Shown here: positions 53,571 through 64,000 of the stretch, one piece after another
How the letters are laid out: every line of letters begins with the position of its first letter
How positions within the stretch are numbered: position 1 is the first letter of the stretch
DNA from: an uncultured bacterium
Lineage (GTDB): Bacteria; Zixibacteria; MSB-5A5; GN15; FEB-12
Direction: 5' to 3'
Assembly (NCBI GenBank): GCA_965372795.1
Contig: CBDVDR010000010.1
Span: 46,992-110,991 of the forward strand
Length of the DNA stretch: 64,000 nt
The notes under the pieces: model-generated
Database searches by the model: none
The model's input: the letters and a program-made list of their open reading frames with translations, nothing else
Told to the model about the DNA's origin: nothing
Program-made: the position numbers and the translations under genes

Positions 53571-53819
53571 TTAAATAAAAATTCCAACAATACTAAAGAC
53601 CGCAGACATTATAACCCCAGCAATTATTGTCGAAAAGATTATTTTACCATCTGCTCTTTTTTCCTTTGGGATTACCAAAGTATAGACTGCGATAGAAATA
53701 ATTAGCCCACTAAAAAAACAGGAAGTGTATGGGAAACCTGCACTTGAAAATATACATCCGTAATATGCCATAATGGCTGTGATACAAATTAAAAGCAAAT
53801 ATCTTATTGGTTTAGACAT
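53571..53819 (-). CDS. Small membrane protein
   Basis: GGAGGAG RBS, about 3 TM segments. Confidence 0.65.
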   Translation of the reverse strand: MSKPIRYLLLICITAIMAYYGCIFSSAGFPYTSCFFSGLIISIAVYTLVIPKEKRADGKIIFSTIIAGVIMSAVFSIVGIFI

Positions 53820-54057
53820 AATACTCCTCCGTTTTGGATAAATATATTAAATTTATACAGAAAACCGGTTGATATTCAGCATGAAGATCAAGAATGAATA
53901 AATAACAGTAGCTTGATGAGTTCCGGTAAATATTTTTTTAAAGAACTGAATGCATACAAAATAACTAATCCTATAATAGGATATAATTCATTCCATTTTA
54001 ACGCAACAAAAAAATCGGCTAAATTGTATCTTATTTAGCCATTTATATTAAAAACAT

Positions 54058-54087
54058 AAAAAAAACCGCCCAAAAGGGCGGTTTTTG
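54058..54087 (-). terminator. Terminator after rplY
   Basis: aaaaaccgccc-aaaa-gggcggttttt. Confidence 0.85.
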
Positions 54088-54112
54088 AAAATGAAAACTA
54101 TTTTCACTTAAA

Positions 54113-54808
54113 TTATTTCGATTTTTCGTCAGATTTGCCTTTGCCTTCGGCAGCAGCGTCTGTTGCTTCAGCACCTTCAGCACCTTCGGCTCCTTCAGCA
54201 GCTTCATCGCCTTCGACTTCTTCCTCAGCACCTTCAACAACAGGTTCTTTCACAACTGTTGGAGCACTGATAACTACCACCGTACGGTTTTCATCAGATA
54301 AGACATTGATGCCTTCCAGATCTAAATCTTTAACATGGATGGAATCACCAATCGAGAGATTTTCCACATCAAGTTTGATAAATTCCGGGATTTGGCTTGG
54401 AAGACATGAAATTTCCAATTCACGCATATTGGTTTGCATGATTCCGCCATCAACTTTCACACCAATTGGAATACCTTCAAAATGAATTGGGATAGATAAG
54501 TTAATCGACTTAGTCATAGAGACAGCATGAAAATCGGCATGAACAATTTTGCTTGTAATCGGGTCTCTTTGAAGATCGCGTAAGATTACCTTATTGGATT
54601 TACCATCAATATCCAAAGTATAGAGGACTGATGATCCGGCCGCAGATTTCATTGCCGCATTTAATTCTCTTTCGTTGAGAGTGATAGGTTTTGAATCAAA
54701 TTCCGGACCATAAACTACAGCAGGAATATTACCTATCATCCGTGTTTGTCTGGCAGAACCTTTTCCAACTCGTTCTCTTGCTTCTGCCTTAATTAGAATC
54801 TCTTTCAT
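54113..54808 (-). CDS. rplY: 50S ribosomal protein L25/Ctc
   Basis: GKGSAR..R..G.IPAVVYG, HADF, Ctc C-terminal domain. Confidence 0.96.
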   Translation of the reverse strand: MKEILIKAEARERVGKGSARQTRMIGNIPAVVYGPEFDSKPITLNERELNAAMKSAAGSSVLYTLDIDGKSNKVILRDLQRDPITSKIVHADFHAVSMTKSINLSIPIHFEGIPIGVKVDGGIMQTNMRELEISCLPSQIPEFIKLDVENLSIGDSIHVKDLDLEGINVLSDENRTVVVISAPTVVKEPVVEGAEEEVEGDEAAEGAEGAEGAEATDAAAEGKGKSDEKSK

Positions 54809-54844
54809 TTTACTTTATAAACCTCCAAAAATTATTTTTTCTTA

Positions 54845-55804
54845 TCAAACTATATTAGACTGATCTTCAAACAATGATGAGACAGATTCTTCATCAAAAA
54901 TTCTTTTGATCGCTTGTCCAATCAATTTAGAACAAGTTAACACCTCGAATTTGTCGGGCAGATTTCTACCGGTTTGGTCGATAGAATCAGAAATAACCAT
55001 CTTCTTAATCGCTGAATTATTGATCTTATCAATAGCCTGGCCAGATAATACACCATGAGTACAGGCGGCATAAATATCGAGGGCGCCTGATTTTTTCAAA
55101 AATTCAGCAGCATGACAAATTGATCCGCCGGTATCAACCATATCATCACGGATCAATATATTTTTACCTTCAACCTCTCCGATAACATTCATGACTTCAG
55201 AGACATTAGCTTTTGGTCTTCTTTTATCGACGATAGCCAGATCGGCATTCAAAGACCGGGAAGTTGCTCTTGCTAATTTGATCGAACCGACATCAGGCGA
55301 TACGACACATAAGTTTTCCAAATTTAAAGCTCTGATATACTGGTTGAAGATCATCGAAGAATACAGATGGTCATGGGGCAGATCAAAAAATCCCTGGAGC
55401 TGGCTGGCATGAAGGTCCATGGTAATAATTCTGTCAACTCCGGCAGTTGTAATCAAATTAGCTACTAATTTTGCGGTTATAGCCACCCGTGGTTTATCTT
55501 TTCTGTCCTGTCGGGCATAACCATAATATGGAATAACAGCCGTAATCCTCATGGCTGAGGCACGACGGGATGCTTCAATCAGCATCAGTAATTCCATTAA
55601 ATTTTCAGCTGGAGGATTAGTAGGTTGCACAATAAACAGATCAGCACCGCGTATATTTTCATTTATTTGTACAAAAACTTCCCCGTCGGAAAATTTTGTA
55701 ACAGTGCAATCGGTTAATTTAATTCCTAAACTATCAGCAATATTTTTGGCGACCGGTAAGTTTGAGTTACCGGTTACAATTTTAATTTCTTCTCTTAAAA
55801 TCAT
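54845..55804 (-). CDS. prs: Ribose-phosphate pyrophosphokinase
   Basis: FSDGE, PYYGYARQDRK, DLHA, DDMVDTGGS. Confidence 0.98.
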   Translation of the reverse strand: MILREEIKIVTGNSNLPVAKNIADSLGIKLTDCTVTKFSDGEVFVQINENIRGADLFIVQPTNPPAENLMELLMLIEASRRASAMRITAVIPYYGYARQDRKDKPRVAITAKLVANLITTAGVDRIITMDLHASQLQGFFDLPHDHLYSSMIFNQYIRALNLENLCVVSPDVGSIKLARATSRSLNADLAIVDKRRPKANVSEVMNVIGEVEGKNILIRDDMVDTGGSICHAAEFLKKSGALDIYAACTHGVLSGQAIDKINNSAIKKMVISDSIDQTGRNLPDKFEVLTCSKLIGQAIKRIFDEESVSSLFEDQSNIV

Positions 55805-55883
55805 CGGTCTAAACCTGAATTTCTTCCATTACTATTTTAGCCGCCCAATATAATACAATAATAAAATAATGGGTGAAAAAAAC

Positions 55884-55957
55884 CTGGGGCGCCAGGATTC
55901 GAACCTGGGAATGCCAGCGTCAAAGGCTGGTGACTTAAGCCGCTTGTCGACGCCCCA
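55884..55957 (-). tRNA. tRNA-Gln(TTG)
   Basis: TGGGGCG acceptor, CCAGC-CT-TTG-AC-GCTGG anticodon arm, GGTTCGAATCC; usual position upstream of prs. Confidence 0.95.
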
Positions 55958-55981
55958 AAAATAATTTTTCATTGCAAAATG

Positions 55982-56257
55982 TTATTCTACATTTTGCTGT
56001 TGCAACTTCAATTCTTCTTCAAAAGCTTCAAGAACTCTACGTTCTATTTCTTGACGCATGTCACTATTGACAGGGTGTGCAATGTCCTGATGAGTGCCAT
56101 TAGGGCGTTTACGGCTTGGCATCGCCACAAAATAGCCGTCATTACCCTGAATGATTTTCATTCCTCGAACGACAAATGCATTATCAAAAGTAACGTTTGC
56201 AAATCCTTTGAGTCGCTCTTCACCTCGTAGGGTGACCCTGATTTCAGTGATCTCCAC
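55982..56257 (-). CDS. spoVG: SpoVG family nucleic-acid-binding protein
   Basis: ITEIRV...FVAMPSRK...DIAHP. Confidence 0.95.
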   Translation of the reverse strand: MEITEIRVTLRGEERLKGFANVTFDNAFVVRGMKIIQGNDGYFVAMPSRKRPNGTHQDIAHPVNSDMRQEIERRVLEAFEEELKLQQQNVE

Positions 56258-56272
56258 GGGTGCCTCCCATAA

Positions 56273-57166
56273 TTAAAAGCTGTGTCTGTTTAGGGTAATT
56301 GGCTCCACAATAAAAATTTGCCAATCTCCCCTGCCGTCAAAATCCAGACGTTTACTCTCAGGTGCTCTTATATAAATACCAAACATAGTCGGACCGGATC
56401 CACTCATCCGAGCCAATAATGCTTTTTTTTCCAATAGTACATCTTTGATCTTTTTCAATTCTGAAAAAGATTGGAAGTGTATTTCTTCAAAGTCATTTTT
56501 TGGAAAACCTAAAGAAACTACTAAATCCTCAGATGAGTAACAACAAGGTAAGCTAAAGGGTGTCTTAAAGTTTGTCAAGCCTCTTTTAAGTCCCGCGTAG
56601 CTTTCCGGGGTCGAAATAGAGAAATTAGGGTTGACCAATACAACCGTATAATCAGTAGGCAAATCAACTTCTTTAATGATCTCGCCTCTGCCGGTAATTA
56701 AAGCCTGACCCTTTGTGAAAAAAAAGGACAAATCCGATCCAATTTCAGCAGATATATGAGCCATCTCTTTATATTCTAAGCCCAAACTATATAATAAATT
56801 AATAGCTAAAATAGTTGCTGCGGCATCAGAAGACCCGCCGCCCAGTCCGGCTGCGATAGGGATTCTTTTGGTCAGATTGATTTTCATGCCTTTTTTAAGT
56901 TCAAATTTATCTGCCATCAAGTTAAATGACTTAATAATCAGATTGTCTTCATTAACAGGTATATCTTTGTCATTCAACACTTTTAGGACAGCTCCGGGTT
57001 CATCTTTAAGAGTGAAACTTATTGAATCAAAAAGTGAAACGGCTTGAAACAGAGAGTTGATATTATGGAATCCATCCGGTCGCTTATTTAATACTTCCAG
57101 AAATAGATTTATTTTGGCGGGAGTATCAATTTCAATTTCAGAATTGGTGATTCTCTTCACAATCAT
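56273..57166 (-). CDS. ispE: 4-diphosphocytidyl-2-C-methyl-D-erythritol kinase
   Basis: PAKINLFL, RPDGFH, IPIAAGLGGGSSDAA, MSGSG. Confidence 0.97.
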   Translation of the reverse strand: MIVKRITNSEIEIDTPAKINLFLEVLNKRPDGFHNINSLFQAVSLFDSISFTLKDEPGAVLKVLNDKDIPVNEDNLIIKSFNLMADKFELKKGMKINLTKRIPIAAGLGGGSSDAAATILAINLLYSLGLEYKEMAHISAEIGSDLSFFFTKGQALITGRGEIIKEVDLPTDYTVVLVNPNFSISTPESYAGLKRGLTNFKTPFSLPCCYSSEDLVVSLGFPKNDFEEIHFQSFSELKKIKDVLLEKKALLARMSGSGPTMFGIYIRAPESKRLDFDGRGDWQIFIVEPITLNRHSF

Positions 57167-57346
57167 GGTCTATAATTAATCTCTTAATAAATTATCTTTT
57201 TTATGAAACCTATTAGCTTGTAATCGATTCCGATGCAAACCGCATTATAACAGATACGGTCAATTCTGACAATAGTTACTTGAAATTAGTCTATTTCTCA
57301 CTTATATTGCAAATTCATTGAAATTTGAAATATATTGGAGGTTGTA

Positions 57347-60019
57347 ATGGATCCATTCAAAGCCCTTGGAATACTAAAAACGAGCAATGGCTCGGTAGAA
57401 ATATATCGTCTAAAAAAAGTAGCCAAACAGAATCAGCTTGAAAAAATGCCCTATTCGATTCGAATTCTACTTGAAAATGTACTTCGTAATGTTGATGGAA
57501 AAGCGATTAAAAAAGAAGATGTAGAAAAATTAGTAAATTATAATCCCAAAAATGTTGGTCAAATCGAGCTTCCTTTTAAGCCGGCACGGGTTCTTTTACA
57601 GGATTTTACCGGCGTACCGGCAGTTGTTGATCTGGCTGCCATGAGATCAGCGATGAAAACCCTTGGTGGTGATCCCAAAAAAATAAATCCGCTGGTACCG
57701 GTTGATCTGGTAATTGACCATTCGGTTCAAATTGATAAATTCGGTACTGATGATGCTTTGAATTACAATATGGAAAAAGAATTTGAACGGAACAACGAGC
57801 GGTATGAATTTCTCCATTGGGGTCAAAAATCATTTAAAAATTTCAGAGTTGTTCCCCCTGCGACCGGAATTTGCCATCAGGTAAATTTGGAATTTCTGGC
57901 TAAATGTATCTCTGTTAGAGAAGGCATTGCTTTCCCTGATACATTGGTTGGCACCGACAGTCATACTGTTATGATTAATGGTCTTGGCGTTGTCGGGTGG
58001 GGTGTTGGCGGAATTGAAGCCGAAGCAGTTATGCTGGGACAGCCGATCTATATGCTGACCCCGGAAGTGATCGGTTTTGAACTAACGGGCAAACTTGCAG
58101 AAGGTGTCACCGACACTGATTTGGTTTTGACTGTTACACAAATACTTCGTGAAAAAGGTGTGGTTGGGAAATTTGTAGAATTCTTTGGTGCTGCTCTTGA
58201 CCATTTATCTTTGCCGGCTAAGGCGATGATTGCAAACATGGCGCCCGAATACGGAGCAACGATGGGATATTTCCCAATCGACAAAGAGACTCTTAACTAT
58301 CTGACAATGACCGGACGTACTCCAGAGGAGATTGACCTCGTAGAACGATATGCCAGAGAACAGCTGTTATTCCGTGAAAAAGGTTCTTCAGCTCCTGAAT
58401 TTACAGATACGGTTCAATTGGATATTTCTTCGGTCGAACCATCCCTTGCCGGACCGAAACGGCCACAGGATAAAGTCAAACTTTCCAATATGAAAAAAGA
58501 ATTTCAGGAAGGTCTTAATAAACCGATCAAAGAACGCGGTTTTGAACTTGCTCCGGAGAAACAGAATGTAATGGTTCAAATTGAAAATGGTTATGATGTT
58601 CCAATCGGACATGGCGCGGTGGTTATTGCCTCAATAACATCATGCACCAATACATCCGACCCCAGTGTTCTCATTGCTGCCGGATTAGTTGCTCAAAAAG
58701 CTGTTGAAAAAGGACTTAAATCCAAGCCGTTCGTTAAGACATCTTTAGCTCCCGGCTCAAGAGTCGTAATGGATTACCTTGAAAAATCAGGGTTGATGGA
58801 ACCGTTAAAAGAACTTGGCTTCCACAATACCGGTTTTGGATGCGCCACCTGTATTGGCAACTCCGGTCCTATTGCCGAACCGATTGTAGAAGCAATCAAT
58901 ACCGGTGAACTTGTTGTTGCCGCTGTTCTTTCGGGTAATAGAAATTTTGAAGGACGCGTCAGCCCCCATACAAAAGCAAATTACCTCGCCTCGCCTCCGC
59001 TGGTTATTGCCTATGCCTTAGCGGGTACCGTTAATCGTGATTTGACTGTTGAACCAATCGGTAAAGACAAAAATGGCAACATGGTTTTCTTAAAAGATAT
59101 CTGGCCCACACAAAAGGAAGTTAACGAACTGGTTTCAAAAACAATTACTCCGCAGATGTTTAGAGAACAGTACAGTTCGGTATTTGAAAGCAACCTGGCC
59201 TGGAATGCTATTGAAAGTCCTGACAGTGAGCTTTATCAATGGAATGAAGCATCTACTTATATTCAGCATCCCCCATTCTTTGAAGGAATGTCAAAAGAAC
59301 CGGGTGATATTGAACCAATCTCCGAGGCTCGGGTCTTGGCGATGCTTGGCGATTCAATAACGACCGATCATATCTCACCGGCGGGTGCAATCAAAGCTGA
59401 TTCTCCGGGTGGTAAATATCTGATGGACAACAAAGTTCAGTTTGCCGATTTCAACAGTTATGGATCCCGACGCGGGAATGACCGCGTGATGACTCGCGGA
59501 ACGTTTGCCAATATAAGACTTCGTAATCAACTTGCAAATGGCACCGAAGGCGGGGTTACGATTCATTTACCATCAAACGAACAGATGTCTATTTATGATG
59601 CGGCGATGAAATATAAAAAAGAGAAGGTTTCTCTAATCGTTATCGGCGGTAAAGATTACGGTATGGGTTCCTCGCGGGACTGGGCTGCAAAAGGTACCAA
59701 TTTGCTTGGTGTAAAAGCTGTTCTGGCTCAAAGTTTTGAACGAATTCACCGTTCTAATCTGGTCGGAATGGGCGTGCTCCCGCTTCAGTTCAACGAGGGT
59801 AACACAAGAGAGTCGCTTGGTTTGACCGGACATGAAGTTTTTTCGATTGAAGGTTTATCAAATCATATAAAACCAAAACAGCAGGTTACAGTTAAGGCTC
59901 TTTCATCGAAAGGTGAGAAAACTTTCAAGATGATAGCGCGACTTGATACCCCGGTCGAGATTGATTATTACCGTCATGGCGGAATTTTACATATGGTGCT
60001 TCGCCAATTATCAAGGTAA
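57347..60019 (+). CDS. acnA: Aconitate hydratase A
   Basis: [41 protein letters not shown]; likely ATG 57347 after GGAGG. Confidence 0.98.
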   Translation: MDPFKALGILKTSNGSVEIYRLKKVAKQNQLEKMPYSIRILLENVLRNVDGKAIKKEDVEKLVNYNPKNVGQIELPFKPARVLLQDFTGVPAVVDLAAMRSAMKTLGGDPKKINPLVPVDLVIDHSVQIDKFGTDDALNYNMEKEFERNNERYEFLHWGQKSFKNFRVVPPATGICHQVNLEFLAKCISVREGIAFPDTLVGTDSHTVMINGLGVVGWGVGGIEAEAVMLGQPIYMLTPEVIGFELTGKLAEGVTDTDLVLTVTQILREKGVVGKFVEFFGAALDHLSLPAKAMIANMAPEYGATMGYFPIDKETLNYLTMTGRTPEEIDLVERYAREQLLFREKGSSAPEFTDTVQLDISSVEPSLAGPKRPQDKVKLSNMKKEFQEGLNKPIKERGFELAPEKQNVMVQIENGYDVPIGHGAVVIASITSCTNTSDPSVLIAAGLVAQKAVEKGLKSKPFVKTSLAPGSRVVMDYLEKSGLMEPLKELGFHNTGFGCATCIGNSGPIAEPIVEAINTGELVVAAVLSGNRNFEGRVSPHTKANYLASPPLVIAYALAGTVNRDLTVEPIGKDKNGNMVFLKDIWPTQKEVNELVSKTITPQMFREQYSSVFESNLAWNAIESPDSELYQWNEASTYIQHPPFFEGMSKEPGDIEPISEARVLAMLGDSITTDHISPAGAIKADSPGGKYLMDNKVQFADFNSYGSRRGNDRVMTRGTFANIRLRNQLANGTEGGVTIHLPSNEQMSIYDAAMKYKKEKVSLIVIGGKDYGMGSSRDWAAKGTNLLGVKAVLAQSFERIHRSNLVGMGVLPLQFNEGNTRESLGLTGHEVFSIEGLSNHIKPKQQVTVKALSSKGEKTFKMIARLDTPVEIDYYRHGGILHMVLRQLSR

Positions 60020-60070
60020 CAAAGTTACTTTGAAGTGGCTTCGCCACTAATTTCGATATATAGTATTAGT

Positions 60071-60103
60071 AAAGGCAGTCCGCTTAGGCGGACTGCCTTT
60101 TTT
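60071..60103. terminator. Terminator after acnA
   Basis: aaaggcagtccgc-ttag-gcggactgcctttttt. Confidence 0.85.
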
Positions 60104-60125
60104 GTATAAATGGGTCAGTTTTATT

Positions 60126-62291
60126 CTATTGACATGACGGAGGATATAGTCCACCGACAAATAAGAAGTCGACAAGAAATGTTAAATCGGAAATATTTAT
60201 TGGTAAATCGCCCTCCGATATACCATCGGAATTCCCTTCTTCCATGCAGATTGGTTCAGGACCATCTCCAAATATAAACGAGACCAGATAAGTAAGGTCA
60301 GAAACAGTAATTGGTATACCCGGACCGTTGATGCCATCGACATTGCCGCGATTATAACAACAACTTGACGAACCTTCTCTTAAGATTACAACCGGAATAT
60401 AAGAAATTCCGTCGAAAGCAACTTCTCCGTAGAGAAGATGTCCCTCACCGGTATAGTCAAATATTTCTCCCTGCTCGATAAGAAAACTATCCGGGTAGGA
60501 ACCAGGCCCAGATAATTCAGGAGAAATAAAAACCTTTGTATAGGGATCAAGATAATTATGTCCGCCAAGAAATGGAGGGAAATCATATACAGGATTTATT
60601 GAATCTCCGAAAATTAAATAAATAGCGGTTAAACTGTCAGGGTAAACCATTGAAATCGTTTTGGTTTCGTAATTCTGGACAATATAACAGGTGTCAGGTT
60701 CAGCTAAGGGAATTTTGGGATAAGGCAAAGCATCGCCAATTACAACACGATATAAATAGATCCAGTCGTTAAGGGTCAAAGGAATCCCATCAGCATTGAC
60801 ATCCGAGGCCGCTGTTTGAGCTTCAACATTTATATTAAACGCGATGGTACCATATAAGAAATAATTACTAAATAGAACTGCGTCTGCTATTTCATTTGAA
60901 AGTCCATTTAGATTGATATCACCCCTTTGATCGATACTATCAGTACAGGTCAGATCAAAGCCGCCGTTATAGTAATTCACCCCCCTGACACTTGTCTTGC
61001 CCGGTTGCAACTCTCCCAGGCATTCATAGGGAGCGCCGTATCTTGTTGGGAAGGATGAGTTTTGTCTGATTGATCTCTGATTTTGATCATAATCAAAAAT
61101 ATCATTTGAGGCAAACAACGTGTCAGCATTATTATCATAAGCGATTGTGTTATTATTACAATCGTGCCACATGAATTGTATTGGAGAGTAAATACATTGG
61201 TAATCATCAATATTATCAGTGATTGTAAAATTCAAAACTGCCAATTCCCCGAGGGTATCAGCCAGACAACTGGGATGAGCCATGCCATTGTCGATATCTG
61301 CTATACCCTTTATATATACTAAACCATCAGGACATGGTTCCCCACCACAATCCGCATTTGAACCATCTGCCCAAGTAAATGATTCCCAACCGCAATCTAT
61401 CATCAATTGTCCGGCTGAGACAGAATTTAAAGTTGCGACATTCGGATCATATTTTATTAGAAACTCAAAACTTCCAAAAGCCTGACGATCATCATTGATC
61501 GACGAAATATAGGAAGTTATACTAACTTGTTCAGTTGAATCAAATTGTGTGTTGTGTGTTTTTTCAATGAAGATATTATTCCTAATGGGCATAGTTGTAT
61601 CTATGGCAACAAACTGAACTCCACCATTGTAAAAATCTATTGCTCTGGTTCGAAGAGTATCAACTGAGCTGGTTAGACAATCATCAGGAGAACCTGAATA
61701 AGTTGGGAAAGAAAGATTATCGGTAACCTCTGCATCATTATAATCAAAGATGTCATTAGAGACTAAGAGTGTGTCTTTGGTTCTTGATAAAGATATAGCA
61801 TTATCATCACATTCATTCCAGAAAAATGTCAGAGGATAAAATTGTCCGATTTCACCGTGGGTATTAAATAATAAACTTATCAATTGAAGTGAACTGTCTA
61901 TTGTACAGGGATAATAAGATAATCCCTTTTCCAATTTAATGCGAACAAAAGCAGGTGGACAATTTTCGCCACTGCAATCAGGATTAGATTCAATAATAAT
62001 CTCATAATTACGCCAAAAGCAATTGTTGTATGAAGGGAGATTCCCCGGATTGTATATTGGTGTCATAGCATCGGGATCGTATGCTATAACTAAATCAATA
62101 TTATAAAGGTTTATTGATGGTGAGAGAAGATCCAGATAAATTGGAACTTCATATAATGATCCAAAGGTAGCGTTGTTATTTGTTTCCAATCTAATAACAG
62201 CTTGCGGTGTTTGCGCAAACGCAGGAATAGCCATTGCAATTAATAGGATAATTGAAATGGTTAAAATTTTCTGTGAGGTGTGGTTTTGCAT
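60126..62291 (-). CDS. Secreted protein with two cohesin-like and two dockerin-like domains
   Basis: Signal peptide from MQNHTS (62291). VPIYL..NIDLVIAYDP and FGSFEFLIKYDP are cohesin-like. RGDINLNG..EIADAV/SDVNADG and RGNVDG..VSDLTYLV/GNSDG..ISDLTFLVDFLF are dockerin-like pairs. Confidence 0.75.
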   Translation of the reverse strand: MQNHTSQKILTISIILLIAMAIPAFAQTPQAVIRLETNNNATFGSLYEVPIYLDLLSPSINLYNIDLVIAYDPDAMTPIYNPGNLPSYNNCFWRNYEIIIESNPDCSGENCPPAFVRIKLEKGLSYYPCTIDSSLQLISLLFNTHGEIGQFYPLTFFWNECDDNAISLSRTKDTLLVSNDIFDYNDAEVTDNLSFPTYSGSPDDCLTSSVDTLRTRAIDFYNGGVQFVAIDTTMPIRNNIFIEKTHNTQFDSTEQVSITSYISSINDDRQAFGSFEFLIKYDPNVATLNSVSAGQLMIDCGWESFTWADGSNADCGGEPCPDGLVYIKGIADIDNGMAHPSCLADTLGELAVLNFTITDNIDDYQCIYSPIQFMWHDCNNNTIAYDNNADTLFASNDIFDYDQNQRSIRQNSSFPTRYGAPYECLGELQPGKTSVRGVNYYNGGFDLTCTDSIDQRGDINLNGLSNEIADAVLFSNYFLYGTIAFNINVEAQTAASDVNADGIPLTLNDWIYLYRVVIGDALPYPKIPLAEPDTCYIVQNYETKTISMVYPDSLTAIYLIFGDSINPVYDFPPFLGGHNYLDPYTKVFISPELSGPGSYPDSFLIEQGEIFDYTGEGHLLYGEVAFDGISYIPVVILREGSSSCCYNRGNVDGINGPGIPITVSDLTYLVSFIFGDGPEPICMEEGNSDGISEGDLPINISDLTFLVDFLFVGGLYPPSCQ

Positions 62292-62467
62292 AAATATGCC
62301 TCGTTTAAGATTGTAATTTTCCCCAATACAAACTATATCGGGTTGGGATTTCAAAACGATAGCAATTTTTTTTAAATAGGTACTAAATAGCCTTATTTGA
62401 TACGTATTAAAGAATATCTATATCTCTATATACTATCTGAAGTAAATTATGTCAACAGGTTTTATGC

Positions 62468-62632
62468 ACCCACACTTCGTGTGGGTTATAATCAAACACA
62501 TTTTGTGTGATTATTATTATCAGGTTTCGCTGTAAACCTTTCTGTTGTTATTATTTATAAAGAAATGGGTTCGTTTGCACACTTTTATGTTTTTTGATGA
62601 ATTGGCAGAACCACTAAAGGGTTCTGCCCTAC
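62468..62632. repeat. REP-like palindromes
   Basis: ACCCACAC-TTC-GTGTGGGT (62468-62486) and GTAGGGCAGAACCCTTTAGTGGTTCTGCC on the minus strand (62604-62632). Confidence 0.7.
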
Positions 62633-62761
62633 GAATATTATTTGATTTTGTAGTTGCAATTATAGACATAACTCTCCGTGCCCTTTTACTTAGGGTTATT
62701 GATTCTGATTCATCAATGAATTAGGGGGGGGGGAATTTGGAGTATATGATGAAAGGGATTT

Positions 62762-63886
62762 TTAAACTTTAGGTAAGAAATTATTCTTACCCAACATCTC
62801 AATAACACCTCTTAAAAGGTAATTATTATCAAAGCTTATTAAATATTTCCTTGAACTATCCTTGTCAGAAATTAACATTTTTTTATCTCTTAGATTTCTA
62901 ATCATTCTTGATATTTCAGCAGGAATTTTATTGGGAAATAACTTCCTGATATCAGATGCTTGAATCACTTGTTCTTTGACAGCAACTTGCAATATTTTTG
63001 CATCGTCTGGGGTAATCATTTTTTTCTCTAACGAAGTTTTAATCATTGGCGATAATATTTTGTTTGATAAAAATTGATAGTCAAGTAATTTATCAATCTT
63101 ATCTATTTCATTTTTTAATCCACTTAAAACATACTCGCACCATTCTAACATATATTTATCTTTACCAGAATCAGCTTTAGACAAATAATCATAATATTTA
63201 TTTCGGTCAGTACAAAAAATAGCGGTAGGATTTATAATTCGCCCATCCCGTACATTGAAGCCTTGCTTTACTAACATGGCATAAGTTAATAATCGAACAG
63301 TTCTTCCATTTCCATTATCAAATGGATGAATCCATGCGAATCGATGATGAGCAATAGCAGCTTTTATCAGATCAAATTGTGAAGGATCGCTATTATTAAT
63401 AAATGAAATCAATCCATCCATATATCCTGTTAATTGTAAACTATCCGGAGGAATATGTTTAGATTGTGTAATTCGAACATTTTCTTTTCTGTATTTACCG
63501 GGAGATTTACTCCCCTCTTCCGTTAAATCTCTTACAACTATTTTATGAAGTTCGCTTATAAATAATTTATTGATTTTTGATTCACCAATATTTGCATCTA
63601 TAAACGTATGTGCCTTTTCCATATTTTGAATTTCGATAATTTGCTCATCTTTTGTAGTAGTGCTTTCAATTTTTGTTTCAATAAATTCAGCTATAGTTGT
63701 TCTATTACCTTCAATTCGAGCCGAGCCTATGCTTTCTAAAAAATGATAGATTTTTTTTAATTGAAAAAATATACCTGGGTGTGTTGAGCCCCATAATGGT
63801 TTTTTCCTCAAGTGGTCCAATTCAATTATGAGTTTCGTTAAATTGGATCCAAATACCGGTTCAACTAATTTTAAATCTATATGCAT
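62762..63886 (-). CDS. Fic family protein (class II-like, with C-terminal wHTH)
   Basis: HPFDNGNGRTVR catalytic motif and N-terminal SARIEGN inhibitory motif; likely ATG 63886 (GAGGA RBS). Confidence 0.92.
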   Translation of the reverse strand: MHIDLKLVEPVFGSNLTKLIIELDHLRKKPLWGSTHPGIFFQLKKIYHFLESIGSARIEGNRTTIAEFIETKIESTTTKDEQIIEIQNMEKAHTFIDANIGESKINKLFISELHKIVVRDLTEEGSKSPGKYRKENVRITQSKHIPPDSLQLTGYMDGLISFINNSDPSQFDLIKAAIAHHRFAWIHPFDNGNGRTVRLLTYAMLVKQGFNVRDGRIINPTAIFCTDRNKYYDYLSKADSGKDKYMLEWCEYVLSGLKNEIDKIDKLLDYQFLSNKILSPMIKTSLEKKMITPDDAKILQVAVKEQVIQASDIRKLFPNKIPAEISRMIRNLRDKKMLISDKDSSRKYLISFDNNYLLRGVIEMLGKNNFLPKV

Positions 63887-63917
63887 ATATTTAACATCCT
63901 CTTTTTGAGTATTTAAC

Positions 63918-64000
63918 ACTCTACACTCTACACTCTACACTCTACACTCTATACTCTATACTCTATACTCTATACTCTATACTCTATACTCTATACTCTA
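63918..64000. repeat. Heptamer tandem repeat (ACTCTAC)4(ACTCTAT)7+, continuing off the window
   Basis: Read directly from the sequence. Confidence 0.95.

Noticed and set aside
62724..62733. G10 homopolymer as a phase-variation tract
   Set aside because: It is intergenic, downstream of fic and ~430 bp from the next start codon, with no evident target.

Overview
Bacterial chromosome window, probably from an FCB-superphylum lineage such as Zixibacteria (inferred from the many dockerin-like and FlgD-Ig-tailed secreted proteins). It has two parts. (1) Positions 1-~19170 are the right-hand portion of an AT-rich integrated defence island that ends at the 3' end of tRNA-Ser(TGA). It carries a large serine recombinase whose stop codon lies inside the tRNA, a tyrosine recombinase, HTH regulators, a Type I R-M system with an inserted GIY-YIG nuclease and a UDG-like gene, and a second UDG-superfamily glycosylase. 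It also carries a three-gene operon: 4-TM protein, FxsC-like protein, and a giant ORF missing from the ORF track because it runs off the left edge. I translated that ORF by hand (minus strand, 5202 to <1, at least 1734 codons, no stop). It fuses a KGGVGR-type ParA/MinD ATPase, LRRs, a Roc-COR GTPase, an NB-ARC/STAND ATPase and 42-aa TPR repeats, i.e. three P-loop NTPases of different classes in one polypeptide, and is the best candidate for an undescribed system here. (2) Positions ~19250-64000 are core-like: S8 and M4 secreted proteases, dockerin/cohesin-like proteins, eno, CIRCE-groES-groEL, pheA, priA, ispE-spoVG-tRNA-Gln-prs-rplY, acnA and a Fic gene. This part also has GTAG-type REP clusters with C-GAA-G mini-hairpins, a candidate sRNA and a terminal heptamer VNTR.
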